A DNA stretch of 64,000 bases. Source: an uncultured Acidocella sp. (GTDB taxonomy: Bacteria; Pseudomonadota; Alphaproteobacteria; Acetobacterales; Acetobacteraceae). Shown here piece by piece: positions 1-9,368 of the stretch (position 1 is the stretch's first letter; each line of letters opens with the position of its first letter). The stretch is taken from NCBI GenBank assembly GCA_963693045.1, contig OY843765.1, positions 122,831-186,830 on the forward strand, given 5' to 3'. The translations under genes and the position numbers were made by a program. Below the pieces are notes generated by a model. The model searched no databases and was not told where the DNA came from. It saw only the letters and a program-made list of their open reading frames with translations.

Positions 1-1
1 C

Positions 2-1582
2 GCGATCATCACCTTTAACCCGATCCGGGAACGCGGGCTGGAGCGCTTCACCAATCCGCAATCGCCGTCCGAGATGATCACCAGGCATGCGACGCCGATC
101 AGCACGCAATACCACCAACTGCATCTGGGAGGCGACACTGCCGCCATCGTCGGGATGTGCAAGGCGCTGTTCGCCTGGGACGACGAGGCGCAGGCGGCGG
201 CCAGGCCCAAGGTGCTGGACCATGCGTTCCTGGCCGAACACACCGACGGGCTGGAGGATTTTGCCGCGATGGTTCGCGCCACCGATTGGGCGGAGATCGA
301 GCGGGTTTCAGGCTTGTCGCGGCGGGCGCTGGAGGGTGCCGCCAGCGTCTACGCCAAGGCCGAACGGGTGATCATATTCTACGGCATGGGCCTGACCCAG
401 CATCGCGCCGGCGTGCAGAACGTCCAGATGGTGATGAACCTGCTGCTGCTGCGCGGCAATATCGGGCGGCCCGGCACCGGGCCGTTCCCGGTGCGCGGCC
501 ATTCGAATGTGCAGGGCGAGCGCACTGTCGGCATCTCTGAGAAGCCGGAACTGGTGCCGCTCGATAAATTTGCCGCGCGCTACCGGTTCGAGCCGCCGCG
601 GCACACCGGCCTCAACACAGTCGATGCCTGCGAGAAGATCCTCGACGGCAAGATCAAGGCGTTCCTGATGCTGGGCGGCAATTTCGTCCGCGCCGTGCCG
701 GAGCGCGAAGCGATGGAAAAAGCCTGGTCGAGGATGCGGCTGACCGTGCAGATTTCCACCAAGCTGAACCGTAGCCATCTGGTGCATGGCGAGGTCTCGT
801 ACATCCTGCCCTGCCTCGGCCGGATCGAGCGCGATACCCAGGCTTCGGGCGACCAGGCGGTGTCCATGGAAGACAGCACCGCCTGCATCCACGGCTCCAA
901 GGGCACGCGGCCGCCGGCGAGCGCGTATCTGTTGTCGGAGCCTGCGATTGTCGCCGGGATCGCGAAGGCGGCATTGGCCCCGAACCCGTTTGTGCCGTGG
1001 GACAAGTGGGTCGCCGACTACGCGTTGGTGCGCGCCGAGATCGGCGCGATCTATCCAGACTTCGAGGACATGGAGACGCGGATGTGGCGGCCGGGCGGCT
1101 TCCACCGCAATCTGCCGGCGTGCCGGCGGGTGTGGGAAACCGAGACCAAAAAGGCCCGGATCGTCACGCCGAAAAGCCTGGCTGTCGATGCCGACATGCC
1201 GGCGGATGGGGTGGGGGTGTTGCGCATGATGACGCTACGCAGCAACGACCAGTTCAACACCACGATCTACGGCTATGACGACCGCTTTCGCGGCATCAAG
1301 GGCACCCGGATGGTGGTGCTGATGGCGCCGCAAGACATCGCCCGGCTCGGCCTCGCGGACGGCGAAATGGTCGGGATCGCGGCGGTTTCCAACGACGACA
1401 TCAAGCGCGAGATGACCGGGTTTCGCGTCACCGTTTATAACATTCCGCCCGGCAATATCGCCACCTATTATCCCGAGACCAACGCGCTGATCCCGCTTTG
1501 GCATTACGCCGAAAAGAGTAAGGTGCCGGCAGCGAAGTCGGTGGCGGTGCGGGTGTTCAAACTGCCGGTTGCGGCAGGGTAG
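2..1582 (+). CDS. FdhF/YdeP-family molybdopterin oxidoreductase, C-terminal part (5' end outside window)
   Basis: The frame is open from base 2 (AIITFNPIRERGLERFTNPQSPSEM...), so the listed ORF 74..1582 is only the in-window tail. It has a long MopB-type body and a C-terminal molybdopterin-binding barrel-like segment (MVVLMAPQDIARLGLADGEMVGI). Family recognised by eye only. Confidence 0.8.
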   Translation, partial: AIITFNPIRERGLERFTNPQSPSEMITRHATPISTQYHQLHLGGDTAAIVGMCKALFAWDDEAQAAARPKVLDHAFLAEHTDGLEDFAAMVRATDWAEIERVSGLSRRALEGAASVYAKAERVIIFYGMGLTQHRAGVQNVQMVMNLLLLRGNIGRPGTGPFPVRGHSNVQGERTVGISEKPELVPLDKFAARYRFEPPRHTGLNTVDACEKILDGKIKAFLMLGGNFVRAVPEREAMEKAWSRMRLTVQISTKLNRSHLVHGEVSYILPCLGRIERDTQASGDQAVSMEDSTACIHGSKGTRPPASAYLLSEPAIVAGIAKAALAPNPFVPWDKWVADYALVRAEIGAIYPDFEDMETRMWRPGGFHRNLPACRRVWETETKKARIVTPKSLAVDADMPADGVGVLRMMTLRSNDQFNTTIYGYDDRFRGIKGTRMVVLMAPQDIARLGLADGEMVGIAAVSNDDIKREMTGFRVTVYNIPPGNIATYYPETNALIPLWHYAEKSKVPAAKSVAVRVFKLPVAAG

Positions 1583-1584
1583 CT

Positions 1585-4500
1585 CTAAGCTGCGAACTCG
1601 ATCAGCAGGTCTTTCGGCTCCACCTGCTCGCCGACCCGGACGGCGATGGATTTTACCGTGCCGTCGCGGGGGGCGGCGATGCGGGCTTCCATCTTCATTG
1701 CCTCGATCGCCAGCAGCGGCTCGCCCTGTTTCACCGCCTGGTCTTCGCGCACCAGGATCGCCGAGATGGAGCCCGGCATCGGCGCGCCCAGTTGCGTGGC
1801 GTCGCCATCCTCGGCCTTGCGCCGCGCCGGGCGGGCGGCGGCAACGCTGCGATTCGGCACGCTGACGATGCGCGGCTGGCCGTTCAGTTCGAAGAACACC
1901 CGCACATTGCCGTCCTCGTCAGTGTCGCTGATGGTCTGCAGGCTGATGATCATGGTTTTGCCGGACTGGATCGTCACCGCGATCTCTTCGCCGGGCTTCA
2001 TGCCGTAAAAATAAACCGGCGTCGGCAGCACGGAAACCGGGCCGTAGGTGCGGATGGCCGCGTTGAAGTTGGTGAACACATCGGGGTACATCAGGTAGGA
2101 CGCCAGTATCTGGTCGTTGAAGGCGATCCCGCAGCGCTCCGCCGCGGTTTTGCGGACGGCTTCCAGATCGGCCGGCGGAATCAGCGAGCCGGGCCGCACG
2201 GTGATCGGCGCCTGGTCCCGCAGCACTTTTTTCTGCAACGCGGCCGGCCAGCCGCCGGGCGGCTGGCCAAGGTCGCCGCGCAGCATTTCCACGACCGATT
2301 GCGGGAAGGAGATTTCCCGTTCCGGGTTCAGAACGTCGTCCGTGGTCAGCCCCTGGCTCACCATCATCAGCGCCATGTCGCCCACCACCTTGGAGGACGG
2401 CGTGACCTTGACTATGTCGCCGAACATCCGGTTGGCGTCGCGATAGGCGCGGGCGACCTCATGCCAACGCGTCTCCAGCCCCATCGAGCGCGCCTGCTCG
2501 CGCAGATTGGTGAACTGCCCGCCCGGCATCTCGTGCAGGTAAACCTCCGAGGCGCCGGATTGCAGGTCGCTTTCGAAGGCGGCGTACTGGCCACGCACGC
2601 CTTCCCAGTAAAAACTCAGGCGCCGGATCGCCTCGGGGTCGAGGCCGGTGTCGCGTTCGGTGTGGCGCAGCGCCTCCACCAGGGAGCCGAGGCAGGGCTG
2701 CGAGGTCAGGCCGGACATCGGGTCCATGGCGGCGTCAAACGCATCCACCCCGGCTTCAACGGCGGCCAACACGGTGGCGCCGGAAATCCCGGATGTGTCG
2801 TGCGTGTGCAGATGGATCGGTAGGCCGACAGCGTTTTTCAAGGCCCGCACCAGCACACCGGCGGCAGAAGGCTTCAGTAGCCCGGCCATGTCCTTGATCG
2901 CCAGGATGTGGCAGCCGGCGGCTTCCAGTTCCTTGGCCAGACCCACGTAGTAGTCGAGCGAATATTTTGCCCGGTCGGGGTCCAGGATGTCGCCAGTGTA
3001 ACACAGCGCGCCTTCCGCCAGTTTGCCGGTCTCGCACACAGCGTCGATCGCGACCCGCATGTTCTCGACCCAGTTCAGGCAGTCGAAAATGCGGAACAGG
3101 TCGATGCCGCCGGCGGCGGCCTGGCGGACGAAGAATTTGACGACGTTGTCCGGATAGTTGGTGTAGCCGACGCCGTTGGCGCCGCGCAGCAGCATCTGCA
3201 GCAAAATGTTCGGCGCTCGCTCCCGCACCAGTTGCAGGCGCTCCCACGGCCCTTCGGAGAGGAAGCGCATCGAAACGTCGAAGGTCGCCCCGCCCCAGCA
3301 TTCCAGCGACAGCAATTCCGGCAACGCAACGGACGTGGCCTTGGCAGCGGTGACGATGTCGTAGCTGCGCATCCGGGTTGCCAGCAGCGACTGGTGGGCG
3401 TCGCGCATCGTGGTGTCGGTCACCAGCGCGCGCGGCTCGGCCAGCATCCAGTCGGCGAAGCCCTTTGGGCCAAGATTGTCGAGCCGTTGCTTGCTGCCAT
3501 CCGCGCGTTCGTTGCCGAAGCGCGGCGCTTCCGGCACGCGGGCGCCCGCCGCCGGCGCCGGCTTGCCGCGGGTTTCCGGGTGGCCGTTGACGGTCACGTC
3601 CGCGATGTAGCGCAGCAATTTTGTGGCGCGGTCGCGGCGCTTGGCCACCTGGAACAGCTCCGGCGTGTTGTCGATGAACCGGGTGCTGTATTTGTTGGCG
3701 ATGAAATCCGGATGGTTCAGCAGCGCCTCGAGAAAGGCGAGGTTGGTGGCGACGCCGCGGATGCGGTATTCGCGCAAGGCGCGGTCCATCCGGGCAATCG
3801 CTTCCTCCGGCGTCGGCGCCCAGGCGGTGACTTTTTCCAACAGCGCGTCGTAAAACCGCGTCACCACTGCGCCGGAATAGGCGGTGCCGCCATCCAGCCG
3901 GATACCGAAGCCATAGGCGCCGCGATAGGCGGTGATCCGCCCGTAATCCGGAATGAAGTTGTTCTCCGGGTTCTCGGTGGTGATGCGGCATTGCAAAGCG
4001 TGGCCGCTGAGCCTGATGTCGGCCTGCGCCGGCACGCCGGTTTCCGCGAGGTTGCCGATATGGCCGCCCTCGGCGATGTGGATCTGCGCTTTGACGATGT
4101 CGATGCCGGTGACCACCTCGGTCACCGTGTGTTCCACCTGCACCCGTGGATTGACCTCGATGAAATAGAAAGCGCCGGTTTCCATGTCCATCAGGAACTC
4201 GACCGTGCCGGCGTTGCGGTAGTTTGTGGCGCGGCCGATGGCGAGCGCCGCGTCGCACAGCTTTTTGCGGTCCTCTTCCGCCAGATACGGCGCCGGGGCG
4301 CGTTCGATCACCTTCTGGTGGCGGCGCTGGATCGAGCAGTCGCGCTCGAACAGATGCACCAGGCCGCCATGCTCATCGCCCAGCAGCTGCACTTCGACAT
4401 GGCGGGCGCGGCGCACCAGTTTTTCGAGATACACCTCGTCATTGCCGAACGCGGCCTTGGCCTCGCGTTTGGCGGCCAGCACGTCGTCCAGCAGGCTGGC

Positions 4501-5031
4501 CTCGCTCTCGATCGGCCGCATTCCGCGCCCGCCGCCGCCCCAGCTCGCTTTCAGCATCACCGGGTAGCCGATTTCGGCGGCGAGCCGCTTGATCTCGGCG
4601 CCATCATCGGGCAGCGGCGCGGTCGCCGGCATCACCGGTACGCCGACCGATACCGCGAGGTTGCGCGCCGAGACCTTGTTGCCGAGGCTGCGCATCGTTT
4701 CCGGCGCGGGGCCGATGAAGACGATGTCCGCGGCGGCGCAGGCATCGGCGAAATCGGGATTCTCGGAGAGGAAGCCGTAGCCGGGATGGATGGCGTCCGC
4801 GCCCGCCGACTTGGCGACGCGGATCACTTCGTCGATGGAAAGATAGGCCTCGATCGGCCCTTTACCGCGGCCGATCAGATAGGCTTCGTCCGCCTTGAAA
4901 CGATGCAGCGAGAGCTTGTCGTGCTCGGGATAGATCGCGATCGTCTGAATGCCGAGTTCGGTCGCGGCCCGGAACACCCGGATGGCGATTTCCGAACGGT
5001 TGGCGACCAGCAGGCGTTTAAAGCGTCTCAC
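1585..5031 (-). CDS. pyc: pyruvate carboxylase
   Basis: 1148 aa. Biotin carboxylase ATP-grasp N-terminus (LVANRSEIAIRVFRAATELGI, GGGGRGMR), carboxyltransferase middle (DTTMRDAHQSLLATRMR) and C-terminal biotinyl domain with an EAMKME motif. Confidence 0.95.
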   Translation of the reverse strand: MRRFKRLLVANRSEIAIRVFRAATELGIQTIAIYPEHDKLSLHRFKADEAYLIGRGKGPIEAYLSIDEVIRVAKSAGADAIHPGYGFLSENPDFADACAAADIVFIGPAPETMRSLGNKVSARNLAVSVGVPVMPATAPLPDDGAEIKRLAAEIGYPVMLKASWGGGGRGMRPIESEASLLDDVLAAKREAKAAFGNDEVYLEKLVRRARHVEVQLLGDEHGGLVHLFERDCSIQRRHQKVIERAPAPYLAEEDRKKLCDAALAIGRATNYRNAGTVEFLMDMETGAFYFIEVNPRVQVEHTVTEVVTGIDIVKAQIHIAEGGHIGNLAETGVPAQADIRLSGHALQCRITTENPENNFIPDYGRITAYRGAYGFGIRLDGGTAYSGAVVTRFYDALLEKVTAWAPTPEEAIARMDRALREYRIRGVATNLAFLEALLNHPDFIANKYSTRFIDNTPELFQVAKRRDRATKLLRYIADVTVNGHPETRGKPAPAAGARVPEAPRFGNERADGSKQRLDNLGPKGFADWMLAEPRALVTDTTMRDAHQSLLATRMRSYDIVTAAKATSVALPELLSLECWGGATFDVSMRFLSEGPWERLQLVRERAPNILLQMLLRGANGVGYTNYPDNVVKFFVRQAAAGGIDLFRIFDCLNWVENMRVAIDAVCETGKLAEGALCYTGDILDPDRAKYSLDYYVGLAKELEAAGCHILAIKDMAGLLKPSAAGVLVRALKNAVGLPIHLHTHDTSGISGATVLAAVEAGVDAFDAAMDPMSGLTSQPCLGSLVEALRHTERDTGLDPEAIRRLSFYWEGVRGQYAAFESDLQSGASEVYLHEMPGGQFTNLREQARSMGLETRWHEVARAYRDANRMFGDIVKVTPSSKVVGDMALMMVSQGLTTDDVLNPEREISFPQSVVEMLRGDLGQPPGGWPAALQKKVLRDQAPITVRPGSLIPPADLEAVRKTAAERCGIAFNDQILASYLMYPDVFTNFNAAIRTYGPVSVLPTPVYFYGMKPGEEIAVTIQSGKTMIISLQTISDTDEDGNVRVFFELNGQPRIVSVPNRSVAAARPARRKAEDGDATQLGAPMPGSISAILVREDQAVKQGEPLLAIEAMKMEARIAAPRDGTVKSIAVRVGEQVEPKDLLIEFAA

Positions 5032-5088
5032 AAGCCATCGTCTCCGCGCGCCGGCGGCTGCTTGCGTTTTGCTTCAGCCTGTCGAACG

Positions 5089-6006
5089 TTATTGCGGCAT
5101 CGCTTCCGGCACAATGGTCTTCACGATGGTCGCGTCCAGCGCCTCGAACCCGTCATAGTCGATCGTCGCGTACAGGTCCTTGCGGGTCAGCATCGCATCG
5201 ACGCAGTTCTGCGCGCCGCCGTCGCGGGCGACGGCCCGGAACAGCTTCTCCTGCGCCAACGCCGCGACGCGCAGCGAAGTGACCGGCCAGATCACCATCT
5301 TGTAGCCGAAATCCTCGAACTCCTGTTTCGTGAAAAACGGCGTGCGGCCGAATTCGGTCATGTTGGCGAGCAGCGGCACACCCGGCATCCGGCGCGCGAA
5401 CTCCCGGAACATCTCGGCGGTGTTCATCGCCTCCGGAAAAATCGCGTCGGCGCCGGCTTCCATGTAGAGCTTGGCCCGCGCCACGGCGCCGTCCATGCCT
5501 TCGGAGGCCGCGGCGTCGGTGCGGGCAATGATGTACAGATGCCGGCGGGCGTGCGCGGCGGCGGAAACCTTGGCCGCCATGTCCGCCGGCGCCGCCAGTT
5601 TCTTGTCGTTCAGGTGGCCGCATTTCTTCGGCAAAATCTGGTCTTCCAGATGCACCGCGGCGGCGCCGGCATCCTCGAAGGAGCGCACCATCGCCATCAC
5701 ATTCAACGCCTCGCCGTAGCCGGTGTCGCCGTCCACCAGCACCGGCAGGCCGGAAGCACGGGTGACCTGCCGGACGAAGAAACACACTTCCTCGACCGTG
5801 ATGATGCCGAGATCGGGCAGCCCCATGGAAGCGGTCATCGCGGCGCCGGAGAGGTAACAGGCAGTGAAGCCGGCGGCCTTGGCCTGCTGCGCCGCCAGGC
5901 CATTATGGGTGCCGGGGATGCCGAGGATGCCGGGCTGCCGCAGCAGCGCCCGGAACCGCTCCCCGGCGTTCAGTTGCGGCAGGTCGGAGGCGCGCAGGTA
6001 GGTCAT
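5089..6006 (-). CDS. prpB: methylisocitrate lyase
   Basis: 305 aa, ICL/PEP-mutase family with a KKCGH loop ([16 protein letters not shown]). The start overlaps the prpC stop (ATGA). Confidence 0.9.
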   Translation of the reverse strand: MTYLRASDLPQLNAGERFRALLRQPGILGIPGTHNGLAAQQAKAAGFTACYLSGAAMTASMGLPDLGIITVEEVCFFVRQVTRASGLPVLVDGDTGYGEALNVMAMVRSFEDAGAAAVHLEDQILPKKCGHLNDKKLAAPADMAAKVSAAAHARRHLYIIARTDAAASEGMDGAVARAKLYMEAGADAIFPEAMNTAEMFREFARRMPGVPLLANMTEFGRTPFFTKQEFEDFGYKMVIWPVTSLRVAALAQEKLFRAVARDGGAQNCVDAMLTRKDLYATIDYDGFEALDATIVKTIVPEAMPQ

Positions 6007-7151
6007 GGGCGGTTCTCGATCGGTACAAATTCTAGATTTTCCGGTCCGGTATAATTCGCCGACGGCCGGATGATCTTGCCGTCGATGCGCTGCTCGATGA
6101 CATGGGCGCTCCAGCCGGAAGTCCGTGAAACCACGAACAGCGGCGTGAACATCGCGGTCGGCACGCCCATCATGTGGTAGGAGACCGCCGAAAACCAGTC
6201 GAGATTCGGGAACATCTTCTTGGTTTCGGCCATCACGCTTTCCAGCCGCTCGGCAATGGAAAACATCTTCATGCTGCCGGCCTCTTCGCTCAGCTGCCGG
6301 GCGACCCGCTTGATGACGACGTTGCGCGGATCGGAGATCGTGTAAACCGGATGGCCAAAGCCGATCACCACTTCCCTTGCGTCGACGCGCCGACGGATAT
6401 CGGCCTCCGCCTCGTCGGCGTCGGCGTAGCGCTTCTGGATCTCGAACGCCGCCTCGTTGGCGCCGCCATGTTTCGGTCCGCGCAGCGCGCCGATGCCGCC
6501 GGTGATCGCCGAATAGATGTCCGATCCGGTGCCGGCGATGACCCGGCAGGTGAAGGTCGAAGCATTGAACTCGTGTTCGGCATATAGCACCAGCGAGGTG
6601 TGCATCGCCCGCACCCAGGACGCCGAAGGCGCCTTGCCATGCAGCAGATGCAGGAAATGGCCGCCGATGGAATCATCGTCGGTCTCGACGTCGATCCGCT
6701 TGCCGTTGGTGGCGTAGTGATACCAGTATAGCAAGGCCGAGCCGAGGGAGGCCATCAACCGGTCGGCGATATCGCGGGCGTCCGCCTGGTTGTGGTCGTG
6801 CGGCTCCGGCAGCACGCAGCCCACTGCCGAGACGTATGTCCGCATCACGTCCATCGGATGCGCCGCCGCGGGGATCGCTTCCAGCACCCGTTTCACCGAA
6901 GCCGGCAGCCCGCGCAACGCCTTGAGCTTGGTCTTGTAAGCCGCGAGATCGGCCTGGTTCGGCAGCGCGCCGTGGACCAGGAGATAAGCGATCTCCTCAA
7001 ACTCGCACGCCTCCGCGACATCGAGGATGTCGTAGCCCCGGTAATGCAGGTCGTTGCCGGTGCGGCCGACGCTGCACAGCGCGGTGTTGCCCGCCGGCAC
7101 GCCGGAGAGTGCGACGGATTTCTTCGGCTTCGGCGTGATCGTCTCGTTCAT
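6003..7151 (-). CDS. prpC: 2-methylcitrate synthase (citrate synthase family)
   Basis: 382-aa short-type citrate synthase family protein flanked by prpD and prpB on the same strand. Confidence 0.9.
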   Translation of the reverse strand: MNETITPKPKKSVALSGVPAGNTALCSVGRTGNDLHYRGYDILDVAEACEFEEIAYLLVHGALPNQADLAAYKTKLKALRGLPASVKRVLEAIPAAAHPMDVMRTYVSAVGCVLPEPHDHNQADARDIADRLMASLGSALLYWYHYATNGKRIDVETDDDSIGGHFLHLLHGKAPSASWVRAMHTSLVLYAEHEFNASTFTCRVIAGTGSDIYSAITGGIGALRGPKHGGANEAAFEIQKRYADADEAEADIRRRVDAREVVIGFGHPVYTISDPRNVVIKRVARQLSEEAGSMKMFSIAERLESVMAETKKMFPNLDWFSAVSYHMMGVPTAMFTPLFVVSRTSGWSAHVIEQRIDGKIIRPSANYTGPENLEFVPIENRP

Positions 7152-7161
7152 CGCGTTGTCC

Positions 7162-8661
7162 TCAAAAGATGCCGGGTTTCGACTCGGCCAACCGGCCCGC
7201 CGACAAGGCGACGTTCAGTTGCCCAAGCTCGCCGGCGCCGAGCTTCGAGAGGTTCTGCGCGGCCTCGAGGAACCGGTTGCTTTCCCGCGTGGTGATGATG
7301 CCGTCGGTGATGCTCTGGAACTTGTGGATGTAGTCTTCCAGCACGAACGGCTTGGCGCCGAGCGGGTGGGCGTTGGCGACCGCCATCTCGTCGACCAGCG
7401 TGTTGCCGTCCTTGAAGACGATCTCGATCCGCGCGCCGAACGCTTTGTCGTCGATGTCGAGCGTGTGGTAGCGCCGGGTCCATTCCGGGTCTTCCCGCGT
7501 TTCGATCTTCTGCCACAGCCGCACCGTGTCGGCCCGGCCGGCACGCTTGGGCGCGTAGCTGGTCTCGTGGTTCCATGCGCCGTCCTGCAAAGCCACCGCG
7601 AAGATGTACATGATCGAGTGGTCGAGCGTCTCGCGGCTGGCTTTCGGGTCCATCTTCTGCGGATCATTGGCCCCGGTGCCGATCACGTAGTGCGTATGGT
7701 GCGAGGTGTGGATGACGATCTTCTCGATCGCCTCGATGTCCTCGATCTGCTCGCGCATTCGGAAGGCGAGGTCGATCAGCGCCTGGCTTTGATACTCGGC
7801 GGAATGTTCCTTGGTATAGCTGTCCAGGATCGCGCGCTTCGGCTCGCCGGGGGCCGGCAACCCGACGTTGTAGAGCGCGTCCTTGCCGTCGAGCAGCCAG
7901 GCGATCACGGAATCCTCGCCCTCGTAAATCGGGCTCGGCGCGCCTTCGCCCCGCATCGCGCGGTCCACCGCCTCGATGGCGAGCTTGCCGGAATGCGCCG
8001 GGGCGAACGCCTTCCAGGAGGAAATCTCGCCCTTGCGGGACTGCCTTGTGGTGAAAGAGACGTGTACCGCCTGCTGCACCGCCTGGTAAATGACGTCGGC
8101 CTTCAATCCGAGCAGCGTACCGATGCCGGCAGCCTGCGCCGGACATAGATGCGCGATGTGGTCAATCTTGTGCTCGTGCAGGCAGATCGCCCGCACCAGG
8201 TCGATCTGGATTTCGTAGCCGGTGGCGATGCCGCGGATTAGGTCGCGGCCGGAGCGCTCCATGGTCTGCGCGACCGCCAGGATCGGCGGGATGTTGTCGC
8301 CGGGATGGGAGTAGTCGGCCGCCAGGAACGTGTCGTGGTAGTCGAGTTCGCGCACCGCGGTGCCGTTCGCCCAGGCCGCCCATTCTGGGCTGACCGTGAG
8401 GCGCGAGGGCACGCCGAACACCGTGGCACCCGCTTTGCGTGGATGGCCGAGAGCCATGCCGCGCGCCGAGACGACCGGCCGGCGGTTGACCGAGGCAATG
8501 GCAACCGAGGCATTGTCGATAATGCGGTTGACGATCATCGCCGCCACGTCCTTCTGGACCGCGACCTTGTCGGCGGCGACGGCGGCGATCTTCCAGGCCA
8601 GTTGGTCTTCGCGGGCCAGTTTGGTCTTCGACGGATAAACGCGAACCTCGGTACTTTGCAC
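7162..8661 (-). CDS. prpD: 2-methylcitrate dehydratase (MmgE/PrpD family)
   Basis: 499 aa, PrpD-family sequence. GTG start lies 7 nt after GGGGAGA; prpC follows 10 nt downstream. Confidence 0.9.
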   Translation of the reverse strand: MQSTEVRVYPSKTKLAREDQLAWKIAAVAADKVAVQKDVAAMIVNRIIDNASVAIASVNRRPVVSARGMALGHPRKAGATVFGVPSRLTVSPEWAAWANGTAVRELDYHDTFLAADYSHPGDNIPPILAVAQTMERSGRDLIRGIATGYEIQIDLVRAICLHEHKIDHIAHLCPAQAAGIGTLLGLKADVIYQAVQQAVHVSFTTRQSRKGEISSWKAFAPAHSGKLAIEAVDRAMRGEGAPSPIYEGEDSVIAWLLDGKDALYNVGLPAPGEPKRAILDSYTKEHSAEYQSQALIDLAFRMREQIEDIEAIEKIVIHTSHHTHYVIGTGANDPQKMDPKASRETLDHSIMYIFAVALQDGAWNHETSYAPKRAGRADTVRLWQKIETREDPEWTRRYHTLDIDDKAFGARIEIVFKDGNTLVDEMAVANAHPLGAKPFVLEDYIHKFQSITDGIITTRESNRFLEAAQNLSKLGAGELGQLNVALSAGRLAESKPGIF

Positions 8662-8750
8662 TATAATATCTCCCCGTTTGCGCCGTTATTACCCCGAACC
8701 ATTCGTAATTCCAGTGCGTGGCGCGAATACCAGCAAATTTGCGGGCGCGC

Positions 8751-9233
8751 TCAAGGCCGGGCCGGCTGCAACGGCAGCGCGGTTTTGTACTTGACCCGTT
8801 TCAGCGCGAAGCTGGATTTGATGTTCGAGAGGCCGGGGATCTTGGTCAGCTTGTCCAGGATAAACCGCTCCAGCGCCGCCATGTCCGCGACCGCGACGCG
8901 GATCAGGTAGTCGAAGTCGCCGGTCATCAGGTAGCACTCCATGACCTCCGGGTAGAGCGCGATTTTCAACTGGAAATCATCGAGGTTGCGGTCGACCTGA
9001 CGTTCCAGAACGATCTGGATGAAGACGCTGAGGCCGAGCCCGACCTTCAGCGGGTCCAGTAGCGTCACGTACTGGCCGATGACGCCCGCCTGCTCCAGCG
9101 CCCGCACCCGCGCCAGGCAGGGGGAGGGCGACAAATTGACCTTCGCGGAAAGCTCGACATTGGTCAGCTTGGCGTTTTCCTGCAGCAGATTCAGGATTTT
9201 TATGTCGATCGCATCGGGACTGAGCGCCGGCAC
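8751..9233 (-). CDS. Lrp/AsnC-family transcriptional regulator
   Basis: 160 aa. N-terminal HTH ([39 protein letters not shown]) plus a C-terminal AsnC-type ligand domain. Confidence 0.9.
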   Translation of the reverse strand: MPALSPDAIDIKILNLLQENAKLTNVELSAKVNLSPSPCLARVRALEQAGVIGQYVTLLDPLKVGLGLSVFIQIVLERQVDRNLDDFQLKIALYPEVMECYLMTGDFDYLIRVAVADMAALERFILDKLTKIPGLSNIKSSFALKRVKYKTALPLQPARP

Positions 9234-9368
9234 ACTATGCTCCTAAAACACACTTTATAAGGAATTAATGCCGCAAACTGGCTGTAACACAATCAAATTC
9301 AGCAAAACCTATCATCGTTCCTCGGCTACTGTAAACTGGTAGTCGCAACCAACAAAAAGCAGGGCGCC
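9234..9368. promoter_or_regulatory. AT-rich divergent intergenic region (lrp/prp side versus aceE side), probable promoters
   Basis: 135 bp, visibly AT-rich compared with the flanks (ttataaggaattaat..., caatcaaattcagcaaaac), between divergently oriented genes. No specific -35/-10 or Lrp box could be assigned. Confidence 0.3.

Noticed and set aside
2908-6054. 1048-aa ORF on the plus strand, antisense to pyc and prpB. Similar cases: 9915..11987 (690 aa, antisense to aceE), 13288..15045 (antisense to lpdA) and 22764..24560 (antisense to the TPP enzyme).
   Set aside because: These are typical stop-poor shadow frames of very GC-rich DNA. Their translations are Arg/Gly/Ala/Pro-rich low-complexity strings with no motifs, whereas the opposite strand encodes unmistakable enzymes.
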